Shown here piece by piece: positions 1 to 11,509 of a stretch of DNA of 64,000 nucleotides (the first letter of the stretch is position 1; each line of letters opens with the position of its first letter). The position numbers and the translations under genes are program-made. The notes beneath the pieces were generated by a model that did no database searches, was not told the origin of the DNA, and saw only the letters and a program-made list of their open reading frames with translations. The DNA is from Octopus vulgaris (Eukaryota): contig OX597823.1 in assembly GCA_951406725.2 (NCBI GenBank), forward strand, positions 70,184,001-70,248,000, in the 5' to 3' direction.

Positions 1-12
1 TAACTACTATTA

Positions 13-400
13 GGGCTGTGAGCTGGCAGAATCGTTAGTGCGTCGGACAAAATGATTAGTGGTATTTCGTCTGTCTTTACGTTCTGAGCTCAAATTTCGC
101 CGAGGTCGACTTTGCCTTTTATCCTTTCGGAGTCGATAAATTAAGTACCAGCTGCATACTAGGGTCGACCTAATCGACTGGCCCCCTCCTCCAAAATTTC
201 GGGCCTTGTGCCTAGAGTAGAAAAGATTAGCGTTATTTATTCGGACTCTTCACGTCCTGAGTTCAAATTCCGCCAAGGCCAAGTTTGCCTTTCATCCTTT
301 CAGGATCGATAAAATAAATATTAGTTGAACACTGGGTCGATGTAACAGACTTATCCCTCTCCTCAAAAAATACTGCCTTGTGCAAAAATTAGAAATAATA
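13..400 (+). mobile_element. Two tandem tRNA-derived SINE copies with a Meta-like central domain
   Basis: B-box-like GAGCTCAAAT/GAGTTCAAATTCC followed by ...tttgcctt(t)(c/t)atcctt(t)c...tcgataaa twice; same family recurs at 22630, 40.1-44.4 kb and 58150. Confidence 0.75.
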
Positions 401-1067
401 TTTTTTTTCTCAGGGGGAAATAACTCTAAAAACTATCGTTTCAGCAAACTTTTTGACAAATCAACTAGATTGTTAAGATGACGAAACAAAGTTGATCAAA
501 ATAAATGCCTTAAATAAAAAGGTTACCACCTTTGTTGCAGCACTCGCCAAATATTATATCGCACGTGAGAGAGCGTGGTATGCATACGAACATACGTACG
601 CGCATAACATACATATTGAGAGAGATCGACGAAAAACCGCTAACGACTATTTACACAGTGACAGAAATAGTAAAGTAGATTGACTCGATCAGAGTTAACC
701 CGTAGCTTATATAGAAATATATGTTAAAGTGAATCAAGTTCGAAACTTCATCATGCACTTTTCGCTGTTACAGAATATACCTAGTGCCTTTTTTTACTTG
801 GCCAACACCATTATTTTGTTGTTGACCCCATCCAATTTGTATTCAAAAACTGTTGTCTACAATATTGAAATGAGTGACACTTGTGATTTTCAGGAATTTC
901 ATTCGAATTCTTATTTAAATTAATCTATAAAAATCACAGCTGGATCGATAAAACGAGTAACTGAACCAAATGATTTCGATCAACAAGAAGAAATTGTACA
1001 CATACCATCCACCTTCAAACAAGTTCGTGTTTATCAATAGTCAGCCATCATCAAGCAAGATCTATGA

Positions 1068-1330
1068 TCAATGATGTGACCATCTGTCTATTTTTTCTCT
1101 CAGGCAAAGTGTCCCGAGGACTACATTATTTAAATGTCCTTCTTTCTTAACACGGCATGGTGTGGTTTGAGAGATTCGAACAACCTGAACGAGCCAAACA
1201 GAATTTGCTGAAATGAATGCGTGGCGAATTTTAATTCGATTTAAAACGCGACCAGTCATTAAAGAAGTGAAATTCTGTATGTGTTTTTGGAATTTCCAAA
1301 GAATCAAAAGCAGAAATGACACTTTTTTTT
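1068..1330 (-). CDS. Putative exon 2 of a small unknown gene
   Basis: ttttatag acceptor at 1331-1338; a phase-1 join with the 2703-2778 exon lands in the frame of ORF 1068-1322; no homology recognised. Confidence 0.25.
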
Positions 1331-2702
1331 CTATAAAATGAATCCAAAAACAAGTGTTCGATAAATGCTTCGGTTAGTTTCAGAATCGCCAAAACTAGAA
1401 CCTGTTAAGTACTAAAGTGAATTTGAGTTGATCGGAATCTCCTTTAAATCACAATAAAGAAGGATATATTAGACGATATAGACACCGATATATAAAAAGA
1501 CGAATCATCCGCGATCCTAATGAAGCAGGGATAAAAGCTGTCCCAGCTTGATTCATAGGCTGACGAGGGTTAAACAACAACAACATTTGCAGTGTTGTGT
1601 TAAAGTGAAATGTAATGAGACTAGCACTTCATCGCCACCAAAACTTCCGTCAACTCGGGAGTTAGAACTCAGTCTAAAATCCAAAGCCTTTAGCCTCTAT
1701 GTAGTCGTTCGACCTGCCACAAAATGTAGCTAAGTCTCCCTCTGGAGACTGGAAAATGCAATATGGGATCTACAGTTCATTATGTCCGAAGAAAAGAGCG
1801 GATAGTCAAGACTGAAAGTTTTTGACCATAGGTCTACCCATTTGATCAGTCTCAGCTGGAGGATAAACAATGAGGACTCTTTCTTCGGTTAAGCTCATAC
1901 ACTAGTTTGCTCTTAATGTAACCGCTAAGCTATCATCAAAGACGTGCCATCTATGACCAACTCACCTTTTATTCAGTGTATCTAAGACTACGTTATCTAA
2001 TATGTTTTGTTGTTTTTTTTAAAGATGGTAGTGTTTGATTCAAGGGATATATAATTTAGCTGCTATTTCTAATAAGTCGAACGACTACATAGAGACTAGT
2101 TTGTTGACTAATGTATTTGAAATGAGAAGAACGAGTGAAATTCAAAGCGCGCCAACTATCGAAAAACAACATACGATTTCAGCAAAAAATTGTGCATTCT
2201 AATATAAACACATCTTACGGAAGGTTAAATGAGTCTGCAATAGCATTTAATCCTAAACAAAGAATTTTGTCACTATTATCAATATTAAGAAGGATTAGAT
2301 TTCTTCTGCATTACATGACGACGTGTTAGCATTTTTAAATAAACATTGAATTTCTTTTTGCTAAAATAGTAACATTCGTTTGCGTATAAGCATTTAATTC
2401 TCAGTATCTAGATATACGGACGAGATTTGTGAAAACAAGCAGAATTCGAACGCAGAATGTAAAGTGGAAATAATTCTGGAAAACAGCTGTAACCCTCTAC
2501 CACCGCTCCACCAACACAATATGGGTGTAAATAATGTTAAAATTAATAATAAATATTTAATCGCTAATTTAAAACAGCAAAAAGTACCGTACTTTATAAA
2601 AAAGAAAAGATCGCAGCTAATTTAGGACGTATGACTGCTATAATTGTTTCTTTTATAATTTTTGTAATTAATTAATATACAGAAGAATTTTTTTTTAAAT
2701 AC

Positions 2703-2778
2703 CGTAAACGGTTTCCTTCAGAGTTTGCAGTTCTTCGTCTACATTCTCATCATCAGTAAGTTCGTTGCTGTCACACAT
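2703..2778 (-). CDS. Putative first coding exon, MCDSNELTDDENVDEELQTLKETVY
   Basis: ATG at 2778-2776, 25 acidic protein-like codons, then donor G|GTATTT. Confidence 0.4.
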
Positions 2779-3028
2779 TATAAAATTGTGTCATTGACAG
2801 CTACACATAATTCACGGTTCCATTTGTAAAGCACATGCTTTTGTATACATCAACTGATGCAGGAACTCTCAATCGTTGAAGACTGTTTTAGATCAAGGTA
2901 AGGTCATCAGTCACAGATGTTAATAATAAACAAGGCAACCTCTGTGTGGTCGTTCGGTATGCTAGAAATAGCGATCAAGTTTCTATCATAACAACAAACG
3001 TGCTTCTGTCTTTAAACAAGAAATTACT

Positions 3029-3587
3029 CACTGGGCAATGCAGAGGCCTTCGTTACTAGCAACAAACTTATCAAGATCACATATGATCTTGTTCGTTAAT
3101 TTCCGTAAAAAAACTTTTATTCCTGTAACTACTTGAGAAAGTGAAAGGTGTGAGTACTTGTATATGAAGTGGACGTGAGTGTGTGTAAGTATGTGTGTGT
3201 GTGTGCTCGAGAGAGAGAGAGGAAGTGATTGAAAGTGTGTTGCCATATATGTATTTTTTACATGTATGTGTAAGTGGCACTCACACACACACACACACAA
3301 TGTATGTCTCAGAGAGAGAAAGAGACAGCGAGTGAGTGCCACTTACACATACATGCAAAAAAATACATACATGGCAACACACACCTTCATTCACTCACAC
3401 TCTGTCTCTCTCTCTCTCTCACGCACACACACACACATACATACACTCATGTCCATTTCATATACACGTAAATATATCTTTCACTTTCTCGAAGAGTAAA
3501 GAAATTAAAAAATTTTACGGAAATTAACGAATAGGATCATATGTGATTTTGACACGTTTGCTGCTAGTATCTAAGGAATGCCCAATG
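3029..3587. mobile_element. Fold-back/MITE-like element with about 250 bp imperfect inverted arms
   Basis: Termini cactgggca...tgcccaatg; atcacatatgatcttgttcgttaatttccgtaaaa mirrored by ttttacggaaattaacgaataggatcatatgtgat; inner gtaagtggcactcac/gtgagtgccacttac. Confidence 0.85.
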
Positions 3588-3753
3588 CAGTCATAGATAC
3601 ACAAAAACACAGAATGGTCACACCTTTTATCATGCTTACCTGATTACGATTGACCTAAACAACAATATTAAGCATAAACAAACTAAGGAAATAGCAGTTA
3701 AATCTCTTAAATCACACCCTAATGTCTTAAAAAACAATCAAGAACATATGGTA

Positions 3754-4129
3754 CATCATCATCATCGTTTAACGTCCGTTTTCCGTGCTAGCACGGGTTG
3801 GACGGTTCGACCGGGGTCTGGGAAGCCAGGAGGCTGCACCAGGCTCCAGTCTGATTTGGCAGTGTTTCTATAGCTTGATGCCCTTCCTAACGCCAACCAC
3901 TCTGTGAGTGTAGTGGGTGCTTTTTATGTGCCACCGGCACAGGTGCCAGGGGAGTCTGGCATCGGCCACGATCGGTTGTTGCTTTTTATGTGCCACCAGC
4001 ACAGAAGCCAGTCAAGGCGGCACTAGCATCGGCCACGTTCAGATGGTGCTTTTTACGCGCCACCGGCACAGAAGCCAGTCAAGGCGGTACTGGCATCGGG
4101 CACGATCGGATGGTGCTTTTTACGTGCCA
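3754..4129 (-). mobile_element. RTE-type 3' end (truncated LINE or SINE) with 4 internal ~65 bp repeats
   Basis: (GAT)n tail, gatgcccttcctaacgccaacc RTE-like tail motif, repeated tgctttttaygygcca units. Confidence 0.85.
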
Positions 4130-4447
4130 ACAAATATGTGATGGTAACAGAGAGCAGGGTGGTGATTGTGTCTGTTCAATCAGGGGCTACACAAGAACGT
4201 TTCGTGTAGAGAGATGTATGTTTGGTGATAGACTATAATGTCACCTTTAATATTACTTCTTTTGTAAGTGAGAGTGTATTGGTGCATGATAGCCATATAA
4301 CTTAGCACTTTGGCAAAAGAAACTGAGAGAATAAATACCATACTTTAAAATATGCAATGATGTCAATTTGTTCAACTAAAATCCTTCAAATGGAAAGTAA
4401 ATGGAAAGTCCAATGGAAAGTAAAAATATATATATCATATATATGTG

Positions 4448-4820
4448 TGTGGCTGTGTCGTAGGAAGCTTGCTTCCCGACTACATGGCTTCAGGTTCAGT
4501 CCCACTGCGTGGCACCTTGGGAAAGTGTCTTCTACTATAGCCTCAGGCTGACCAAAGCCTTGTGAGTGAACTTGGTTGATGGAAACTGAAAGAAGCCTGT
4601 TGTATATATATGTGTGTTTGTGTTTGTCCCTCCACCATCGCTTGATAACCAATGCTGGTGTTTACATCTCCGTAACTTAGCAGTTTGGCAAAAGAGAATG
4701 ATACAATAAGTACTAGGCTTACAAAGAATAAGTCTTGGGGTTCGATTTGTTCCACTAAAATGCGGTGCTCCAGCATGGACGCAGTCAAATGACTGAAACA
4801 AGTAAAAGAATAAAAGAATA
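4448..4820 (+). mobile_element. tRNA-derived CORE-like SINE
   Basis: A/B boxes (tggctgtgtcg...ggttcagtccc), ggcaccttgggaaagtgtcttct core, tail tgactgaaacaagtaaaagaata; many sister copies in window. Confidence 0.85.
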
Positions 4821-5304
4821 TATATATATCCTCATCATTATCATCATCATCATCGTTAAAGTCTACTTTCCATGCTGGCATGGGTTTTATATCTATATCT
4901 ATCTATTTATCTATCTATCTATATATATATCTTATATTACCACTTTTTTTACATTCATTTCATGCTTTCCACATTTTCCTGAATTTTTGTTCTCCTTTCC
5001 GTCTTTCTTCCCTCTCTGGATGTCCATACTCCGTTTCCTCTGCCTGCACCCCCCTTTTTTGCCTCCCCCTCTCTCTGCTTCCCTTCTTTCTTTCCCTTTT
5101 CCGTTTGCCCCGTCTTTTCTGCCCCTATCGCTTACTTATCTAGTTTTTTCATACGATTATTATTTTTTTGTTTTTTTGAACGTTTTTTTGAACGTTTGTT
5201 TTTTCCCCTTTTTTCGCTATCCTTTTTTTCTATTTTTTTCATACGATAATTTTTGTTTTTTGTTTTTTTTGTTTTTTCGAACGTTTTTTTTCCGCTATCC
5301 CATC

Positions 5305-6066
5305 ATGCCGGATCCTAGGTCCTACCTCCTCACCCTCCATCACCGTTTGAAGGATCATCTCCGTTCGCTTCCTGTATATTGCCTTCAGCCGTCCGTTAAT
5401 CTCTCTCTACTTCTTTTTAAAAAAACCCGCTTCTCTAGCCATGTCTCTTTCCTAAGCCGCTGCCTACATCACCGACTCATCCCTAAAGGTTTCCGCCTCC
5501 ACTTCCACCCTGCTCTCCACTCGGATTCTTCCATCTTACCCATACTCCGCACCACATCTTACCGCCTTATGCGGGCCACCATTCGCTCCAATCTCTCCAA
5601 ACTACATGCCATCAACTGCCTTCTTCCTCCTGCTTTCTCCACCTTCTTCTCCTCTCTGCCGCCTCTCTATGCTCCAAACACGCTACGCTTCATTATCCAT
5701 TTGAATCAACTCTTCCATCAATTTCTTTCTGATACCAAACTTCGTAAACTCCAATCACTCTTCCATTCCACCCTACCCAACGCCACTACCCCAACTCCTC
5801 CACCACCCTTCTCCCCTCCCGATAGGCTCCATCCACCCACACCTAACCCCACTGCCCCTCCCTACAACCCCTTCTCCCCTCCCGTTAGGCTCCATCCACC
5901 TACACCTAACCCTACTTCCCCGCCCAACCACCCCCACACACCTCCCAATCCCTCCCCCTCAGACCTCCACGAGACCTACCACCCCTCCTACTTCTATTCC
6001 ACCCACCCCTTCTCCACTTCCGTCTGTTGTTACCATTCCCCCCGATCTTCCCCTATCTGCGGCTGA
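5305..6066 (+). CDS. N-terminal part of the PLE polyprotein, frameshifted relative to the RT
   Basis: ATG 5305 MPDPRSY..., PLE N-terminal motif SHVSFLSRCLHHRLIPKGF, then Pro-rich linker. Confidence 0.7.
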   Translation: MPDPRSYLLTLHHRLKDHLRSLPVYCLQPSVNLSLLLFKKTRFSSHVSFLSRCLHHRLIPKGFRLHFHPALHSDSSILPILRTTSYRLMRATIRSNLSKLHAINCLLPPAFSTFFSSLPPLYAPNTLRFIIHLNQLFHQFLSDTKLRKLQSLFHSTLPNATTPTPPPPFSPPDRLHPPTPNPTAPPYNPFSPPVRLHPPTPNPTSPPNHPHTPPNPSPSDLHETYHPSYFYSTHPFSTSVCCYHSPRSSPICG

Positions 6067-6154
6067 ACGCTCCGTCCTTGGTAGGGGTCTGCGTTTCATC
6101 CCCCTCACTCCATCCTGTAAGGAATTCCAGACGCGAGTTGATGTCCACAGCTTT

Positions 6155-8188
6155 GTGCGCCGTGTCCGGTTGGGTGCGCATTACCACGACTCGCCACCCA
6201 CACCCAACGAAGAGGACTGCTTCACTGGCCTGGGCCGCCGACCATCCCCGTGGACGCCTGCCCTTGGCCAGATCCTAGCAGTGGATCTTTTCGCGGGCGC
6301 TTGTCAGCGTGCATTGGAGCGGTTCAACTTCTCCAGGCGCCAACGCCGCCTCAACATCTCCCCGGCTGAGCTCTTGGCTCTTCGTTCCCTCCAACGGCGC
6401 GCTGACAAGGGTGGAGCTGTAGTAGTGTGGCACGCGGACCTCTATAGGGCCGAGGCTTTCCGCCAACTCAATGACACCTCCTTCTATTCCCCTCTGCCCT
6501 CTAACCCCACACGTAGCTACCAACAGACGGTATCCTCTACTGTCCAAGACCTCATCTCGTCCTCCCGTCTCCCCCGCACCGCATCCAACCTAATTGTGCG
6601 AACCCCACGTACCCCCACCATTTACTTCCTCCCCAAAATCCACAAACCCAACAACCCTGGCCGCCCCATCGTCTCCGCCTGTAACTGCCCCACGGAGCTC
6701 ATCTCTAAATACCTCGACCGTGTCCTTGCCCCCCTAGTGGCATCTCTTCCCTCCCACATCCACGATACCAACCATGCTCTCCGGCTTTTCAACTCTTTCT
6801 CCTTTCCTCCCGGCTCCTCCAAAATCCTTTTTACTATGGACATCCAAAGCCTCTATACTGTTATCCCTCACCACGAAGGACTGCAGGCCCTTCGACACTT
6901 TCTTGACCTCCGCTCTAACCCTGTACCTGACACCTCCACACTCATTCGTCTGGCCGAACTTGTCCTTACTCTGAACTGCTTCTCGTTCGCGGGCGAGTTC
7001 TACCATAAGGTCTCGGGAGTGGCCATGGGAACGCGAATGGGCCCCAACTATGCGAACCTGCTCGTTGGCTATGTTGAGGCTCAAATATTCTCTAATTTCA
7101 CTGGTCCCACTCCTGAACTATATGGTCGTTACATTGATGACATTATCGGTGCCACCTCACTCTCCCGCGAACATCTAGATTCCTTCCTCTCTTTCATCCA
7201 ATCTTTCCATCCAGCCCTCCACTTCACTTCCACTATCTCCAACACCTCTGTCTCCTTCCTCGACATTTCGGTTAGCATTCTTCACTCCACTCTTACCACC
7301 TCCATTCACTACAAACACACAGACTCACACTCATACCTCAACTTCTCTTCCTCCCACCCAGAACACACCAAGCTTTCCATCCCCTATTCCCAATTCCTCC
7401 GTCTACGTAGGCTCTGTAGTGACGACCATGACTTTGAGACTCAGTCTCAACGTATGGCTCACCACTTCACCCTACGTGGATACCCCCTCACCACTATCCA
7501 CACCGCCCTTGCCAGAGCACGGTCCGTGGACCGTGTATCTGCTCTCTCTCCCCGAACCCGCCCTGTAGTCTCCCGCCTCCCTTTTCCCCTCACTTACCAC
7601 CCCACGACCCTACGTCTCCAACGCACCATTCTTCGAGCTTTCCGTCATCTCCAGTCCGACCCGTCCACTTCGCACCTCTTCCCTAACCGACCCCTCCCCT
7701 CTTTCAAACGAGCCCACAACCTTCGAGACCTTTTGGTCCATAGCTCCTTCCCTGACCCTACCTCCCAACCCGGCTCGTTCCCCTGCTCCCGCCCACGTTG
7801 CCGCACTTGCCCTTACCTCTCCAACACCACCCGCCTCACTAGCACCCACCATCGACCCTATCCCATCATCCACTCCTTCACCTGCACCTCCAGCAATATT
7901 ATCTATTGCATCTCTTGCTCTCTCTGCAATTCCTTGTACATCGGACAAACGGGACGCCGCTTGGCTGACCGGTTCGCGGAACACCTTCGTGACATCCACC
8001 TTGCGAACGACACACCGGTCTCACGCCATTTCCGCTCCACCGGTCACTCCTTGCAACACCTATCTGTGTTCGGTTTGTCCTTACACAGAGGCCATCCGGA
8101 TTCCCGTTTGCGCCGTGAACAGGAATTAATCTTCTCTCTTCGCTCTTATATGCCATTTGGTTTCAACTCTCCCCCCCTCCTCATCTAA
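6155..8188 (+). CDS. PLE reverse transcriptase plus GIY-YIG endonuclease (frame open from 5705)
   Basis: ADKGG, YFLPKIHK..PGRPIVS, MDIQSLYT, GVAMGT, RYIDD, SFLD; IIYCISC..C..LYIGQTGRRLADRFAEH. Confidence 0.95.
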   Translation: MRRVRLGAHYHDSPPTPNEEDCFTGLGRRPSPWTPALGQILAVDLFAGACQRALERFNFSRRQRRLNISPAELLALRSLQRRADKGGAVVVWHADLYRAEAFRQLNDTSFYSPLPSNPTRSYQQTVSSTVQDLISSSRLPRTASNLIVRTPRTPTIYFLPKIHKPNNPGRPIVSACNCPTELISKYLDRVLAPLVASLPSHIHDTNHALRLFNSFSFPPGSSKILFTMDIQSLYTVIPHHEGLQALRHFLDLRSNPVPDTSTLIRLAELVLTLNCFSFAGEFYHKVSGVAMGTRMGPNYANLLVGYVEAQIFSNFTGPTPELYGRYIDDIIGATSLSREHLDSFLSFIQSFHPALHFTSTISNTSVSFLDISVSILHSTLTTSIHYKHTDSHSYLNFSSSHPEHTKLSIPYSQFLRLRRLCSDDHDFETQSQRMAHHFTLRGYPLTTIHTALARARSVDRVSALSPRTRPVVSRLPFPLTYHPTTLRLQRTILRAFRHLQSDPSTSHLFPNRPLPSFKRAHNLRDLLVHSSFPDPTSQPGSFPCSRPRCRTCPYLSNTTRLTSTHHRPYPIIHSFTCTSSNIIYCISCSLCNSLYIGQTGRRLADRFAEHLRDIHLANDTPVSRHFRSTGHSLQHLSVFGLSLHRGHPDSRLRREQELIFSLRSYMPFGFNSPPLLI

Positions 8189-8708
8189 CCCCCTCTCCCC
8201 CCTCCTCACCTATCCTTTTCTCCCCGACCCCTACTTCTTCAGTCCTTCATCCTTTCACCCCTACTCCCCTCTTCCCCTTCCCTCTGCTCCCTTACTCCCT
8301 CTCTCCCCCTCTCCCTCTTTCCTCCTTCATCCCCCTCCTCCCCTTCCTTCTCCCCCATCCTCTCCTCTTCCCCCCCTCTCCTTCTCCTCCCCTTCTCCCC
8401 CCTCTTCTCCCCCTCCCCCTCTTCTCCTCACTACACCACATGACTTTACACATCACATCACATATGATGTGCCATACTAATACATACACCAACTAATACA
8501 TACTAATACCTACTAATACATACTAGTACATACTAATACATACACCAACCCTATACATACACACGTCCAGACCCCGCATACGCACTTATATTCTCTCATA
8601 CACACACACACACACTTATACATACTAATACGTACTAATACATACTAATACATACACCAACCCCATACATACGCACGTCCAGACCAATCCTACGCACTAA
8701 TACTCTCT

Positions 8709-8743
<35 letters not shown>

Positions 8744-8963
8744 ATACATACTAATACATACACCAACCCTATACATACACACATCCAGACCCCTCCTACG
8801 CACTATTAGCTGGTCCCTCAACCCTATTATCTCCCCTTATTTCGCTCTCGCGTCTCATGTTTGATCTTTGACCTCTGGCCGAAATCAGATCGCCATGTTG
8901 ATTCGTTAGCTACTGCACGCATTTTTTTCTCTCCTTCTTTCTGTGTTTTTTTCTCTCTGTGTA

Positions 8964-9001
8964 TCTTTCTGTTGAAGAGCGTAGGCTCGAAACGTTAAAG
9001 A
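8964..9001 (+). ncRNA. Minimal type-I hammerhead ribozyme motif with variant CUGUUGA core
   Basis: tcttt-CTGTTGA-a-gagc gtag gctc-GAAA-cg-TT-aaaga; stem I tcttt/aaaga, palindromic ACGT stem III; at PLE 3' end. Confidence 0.7.
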
Positions 9002-9165
9002 CTTGTTTTATTTATATTTCCTGAGCGCCATACTAATACAATTGTTCGTTTGTTTTCCACCTGCCTTCGTCTTTTGTTTATTTTCATAAAGCTTCCCGTT
9101 ATATATATATAAACGGCCATGAATCAGATAGACTTAGGAAGGACCTTATAGCTTTCTTTCAAAGG

Positions 9166-10182
9166 ATGGGCTTACGGATTACGATAGATACTAACCTGAA
9201 TAGTGTAGATTTTTTAGACGTAAATTTTAATGTAAGATCGGATAGATTTAAACCTTTCCGTAAGCCCAATGAAAAGCTATCGTATATTAGCAAAGATTCG
9301 AACCATCCACCAGTTATCCTTAGCAACTTAGTCAGCAATGTAGGTAGAAGAATATCTTCAATTTCTTCGGACGAGGCAGCATTCCATAATGCTGCACCTT
9401 ATTACGATAGCGCATTAAAGAATAGTGGATTCTCGGAGAAGATCCAGTTCAACCAGCTTAATGCTAATAATAATGCTGCACGAAGAACTAGGACCAGGAA
9501 AGTTTTGTGGTTCAACCCGGCTTTCAATTTGGCCGTAAAGACTAATATAGGTAAAGAATTTTTGAGATTAGTCTCTAAGCATTTTAGGCAGGGTCATAAA
9601 TTCTACAGAATATTTAATAGAAGAACCCTGAAGGTTAGCTATTCTTGTTGCAGAAATTTCGCCTCTTACATTAGCCAACATAATAGGAAGCTAATTGAGA
9701 TTAGACATGGTGCCGAGCCCATTAAGAAATGTAATTTCAAAAACGAAAACTCCTGTCCGTTAGAAGGGAAATGTCTAGTGAAAAGAGTAGTTTATAGAGC
9801 CAAGGTGCAAGTGGAAGGCTCATCGGAATACAAGACATACACAGGGGCTTCAGAAAATTCATTTAAAACAAGATTTTATTCTCATAAGAATTCTTTTAAA
9901 TACCCAGAGAACAGAAAGAAAACCAGCCTAGCAAAATATGTCTGGGAACTAAAAGAAAAGGAAGCCCCACCTTTCAACGTGACATGGAGCATTCTGGACA
10001 GGGCGGCACCATACAGGCATGGAGCTTACAAATATAATTTCAAGTGCAGGCTTTGCTTATTAGAAAAAATGCACATATTATTCAAAGACAATAATTCTTT
10101 GAATCAAAGAAGTGAATTAATGAACTTATGTAGGCACACGGCTAAATTTAAAATGTCGAATATAAATATACCATATGGATAG
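9166..10182 (+). CDS. PLE RT thumb and GIY-YIG endonuclease (partial)
   Basis: VDFLDV, SNHPP, WFNP, LKVSYSC, CPLEGKCL, VVYRAKV..YTG.SE..FK.RF..H, CRLCLLEK, LNQRSE..CRH. Confidence 0.9.
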   Translation: MGLRITIDTNLNSVDFLDVNFNVRSDRFKPFRKPNEKLSYISKDSNHPPVILSNLVSNVGRRISSISSDEAAFHNAAPYYDSALKNSGFSEKIQFNQLNANNNAARRTRTRKVLWFNPAFNLAVKTNIGKEFLRLVSKHFRQGHKFYRIFNRRTLKVSYSCCRNFASYISQHNRKLIEIRHGAEPIKKCNFKNENSCPLEGKCLVKRVVYRAKVQVEGSSEYKTYTGASENSFKTRFYSHKNSFKYPENRKKTSLAKYVWELKEKEAPPFNVTWSILDRAAPYRHGAYKYNFKCRLCLLEKMHILFKDNNSLNQRSELMNLCRHTAKFKMSNINIPYG

Positions 10183-11191
10183 AGTATATATTTTGTATTT
10201 TGATTTTTTGATTTTGATTTTTGACTCTGGAGCGCTACGACGGACCTATAGCAAAGTCTTATTGTTTCTACATATATATTAGGAAAAACCTACAAACTTT
10301 GTTTTCATGTTATTGTATTGCATAAGATTACCTTGATTATTTATATTACCTTGATTATTTATAAATGACCCAAAATAGGATGTTATATTTTATTTTATAT
10401 GTCTTTCGTATATATTTTTATTAATGCACCCATTTTTTAAAAGCAATGTTTTTTTTTTTTTAAAAAAAGCAATGTTGTCAAATTTAGAATGTTTATATAA
10501 GTTTGTATATAGCAAAGCATATATATTTGTAAGCATGCGTATCTGCGTATGTGTAAGTGAAAGTATGCTTGTGCTTAAGCACGCATACACACGACGGTAT
10601 GTATATGTATCAATTCAAACTTGTGTATGTATACTGGCCTCTATAGATGCCAATAATATCGCTACAAGTTTTTCCCCACCCCTCCTTCGTTTCTTTTTTC
10701 TCTCTTTCCCTTCCTTTCGTTCCCCCTCCTTGCTCAGTATATGAGAATTGCTACATAGATGAATTTTAGTTTGCGTGCGAGACGGTTTGCGTGAATATAT
10801 GTACACATGCTTTTATGTGTATAATTTAGATTCATATTCATACGTCTGTATATGTATGTATGGCGTTTACGCGCATCCTTTTGTGTATGTTGATATATAT
10901 ATGTGGATTTTAATATAAATATGTATTGCAGTATTTATAACAGGTTTAATTTCTATGCATTAATTTGTACTGTCTTCATTAACGGCAATAGGTTTTTTCC
11001 TCGGTTTTTCCTCGGATTTTATAATTTTTATAAGTTTTTTTATATATATATACATATATTTTTGACCTTTTTGTTTATCGCTCGAAGATTGACCGTTTTT
11101 TCTAAAGGGCCAATCAAACAAGTCCATTTCTTTTTAAAGGTGTAGCGTTTGTAAGAGTATAGATTGAATTAATATATATGTTCCATTCTAG

Positions 11192-11241
11192 CAAAAACTG
11201 TCTGATGAACGGCAACGAGAAACTCAGAGTAACAGATTTTG
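11192..11241 (+). ncRNA. Minimal type-I hammerhead ribozyme
   Basis: caaaaactgt-CTGATGA-a cg gcaa cg a-GAAA-ctc a gag-TA-acagattttg; 9/10 bp stem I, GUA cleavage triplet. Confidence 0.8.
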
Positions 11242-11509
11242 TTGAATTTTCTGCTGCTTAAAATAAAGTATATATATATATATATTTATATATATATACA
11301 CAAGTGAGTGAATAGACAAAAGAAGCACACTCAACACATTAATTGTAGGAAGTTACATGTATGGATCAAAACAGTGCCATGCAGTGGGACTGAACCGGGA
11401 ACCATGAGATTGGGAAGCAAACTTCTTACCACAGAGCCATGCTTATATATCAGAGTGAGTGAACAACTGAAAAAAAAAAAGGCACTCAACACATTTAGTG
11501 GGAGTTACA

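Larger units (their letters stand above)
4931..9110 (+). mobile_element. Penelope-like retroelement, Neptune-type, near full length
   Basis: RT plus GIY-YIG ORF, Cys-rich linker CSRPRCRTC, 3' UTR with tandem repeats and hammerhead, flanked by (TA)n on both sides. Confidence 0.93.
9111..11270 (+). mobile_element. 5'-truncated Penelope-like element, Naiad-type
   Basis: RT C-terminus and GIY-YIG ORF, about 1 kb 3' UTR ending in hammerhead, AATAAA and (TA)n. Confidence 0.88.

Noticed and set aside
3917-4129. CRISPR-like array
   Set aside because: The intervening sequences are homologous to each other; the units are part of an RTE 3' UTR in a eukaryote
4765-5304. Phe-rich N-terminal extension of the PLE ORF
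   Set aside because: Runs through SINE tail, microsatellite and pyrimidine-rich 5' UTR; ATG 5305 is the likely start
6275-8156. Antisense ORFs over the PLE
   Set aside because: By-product of strong compositional skew; no motifs
9166-10182. Selenoprotein-type Naiad (UGA at conserved Cys)
   Set aside because: No in-frame TGA in this fragment; one Cys position is Phe (CNFK); no SECIS recognised
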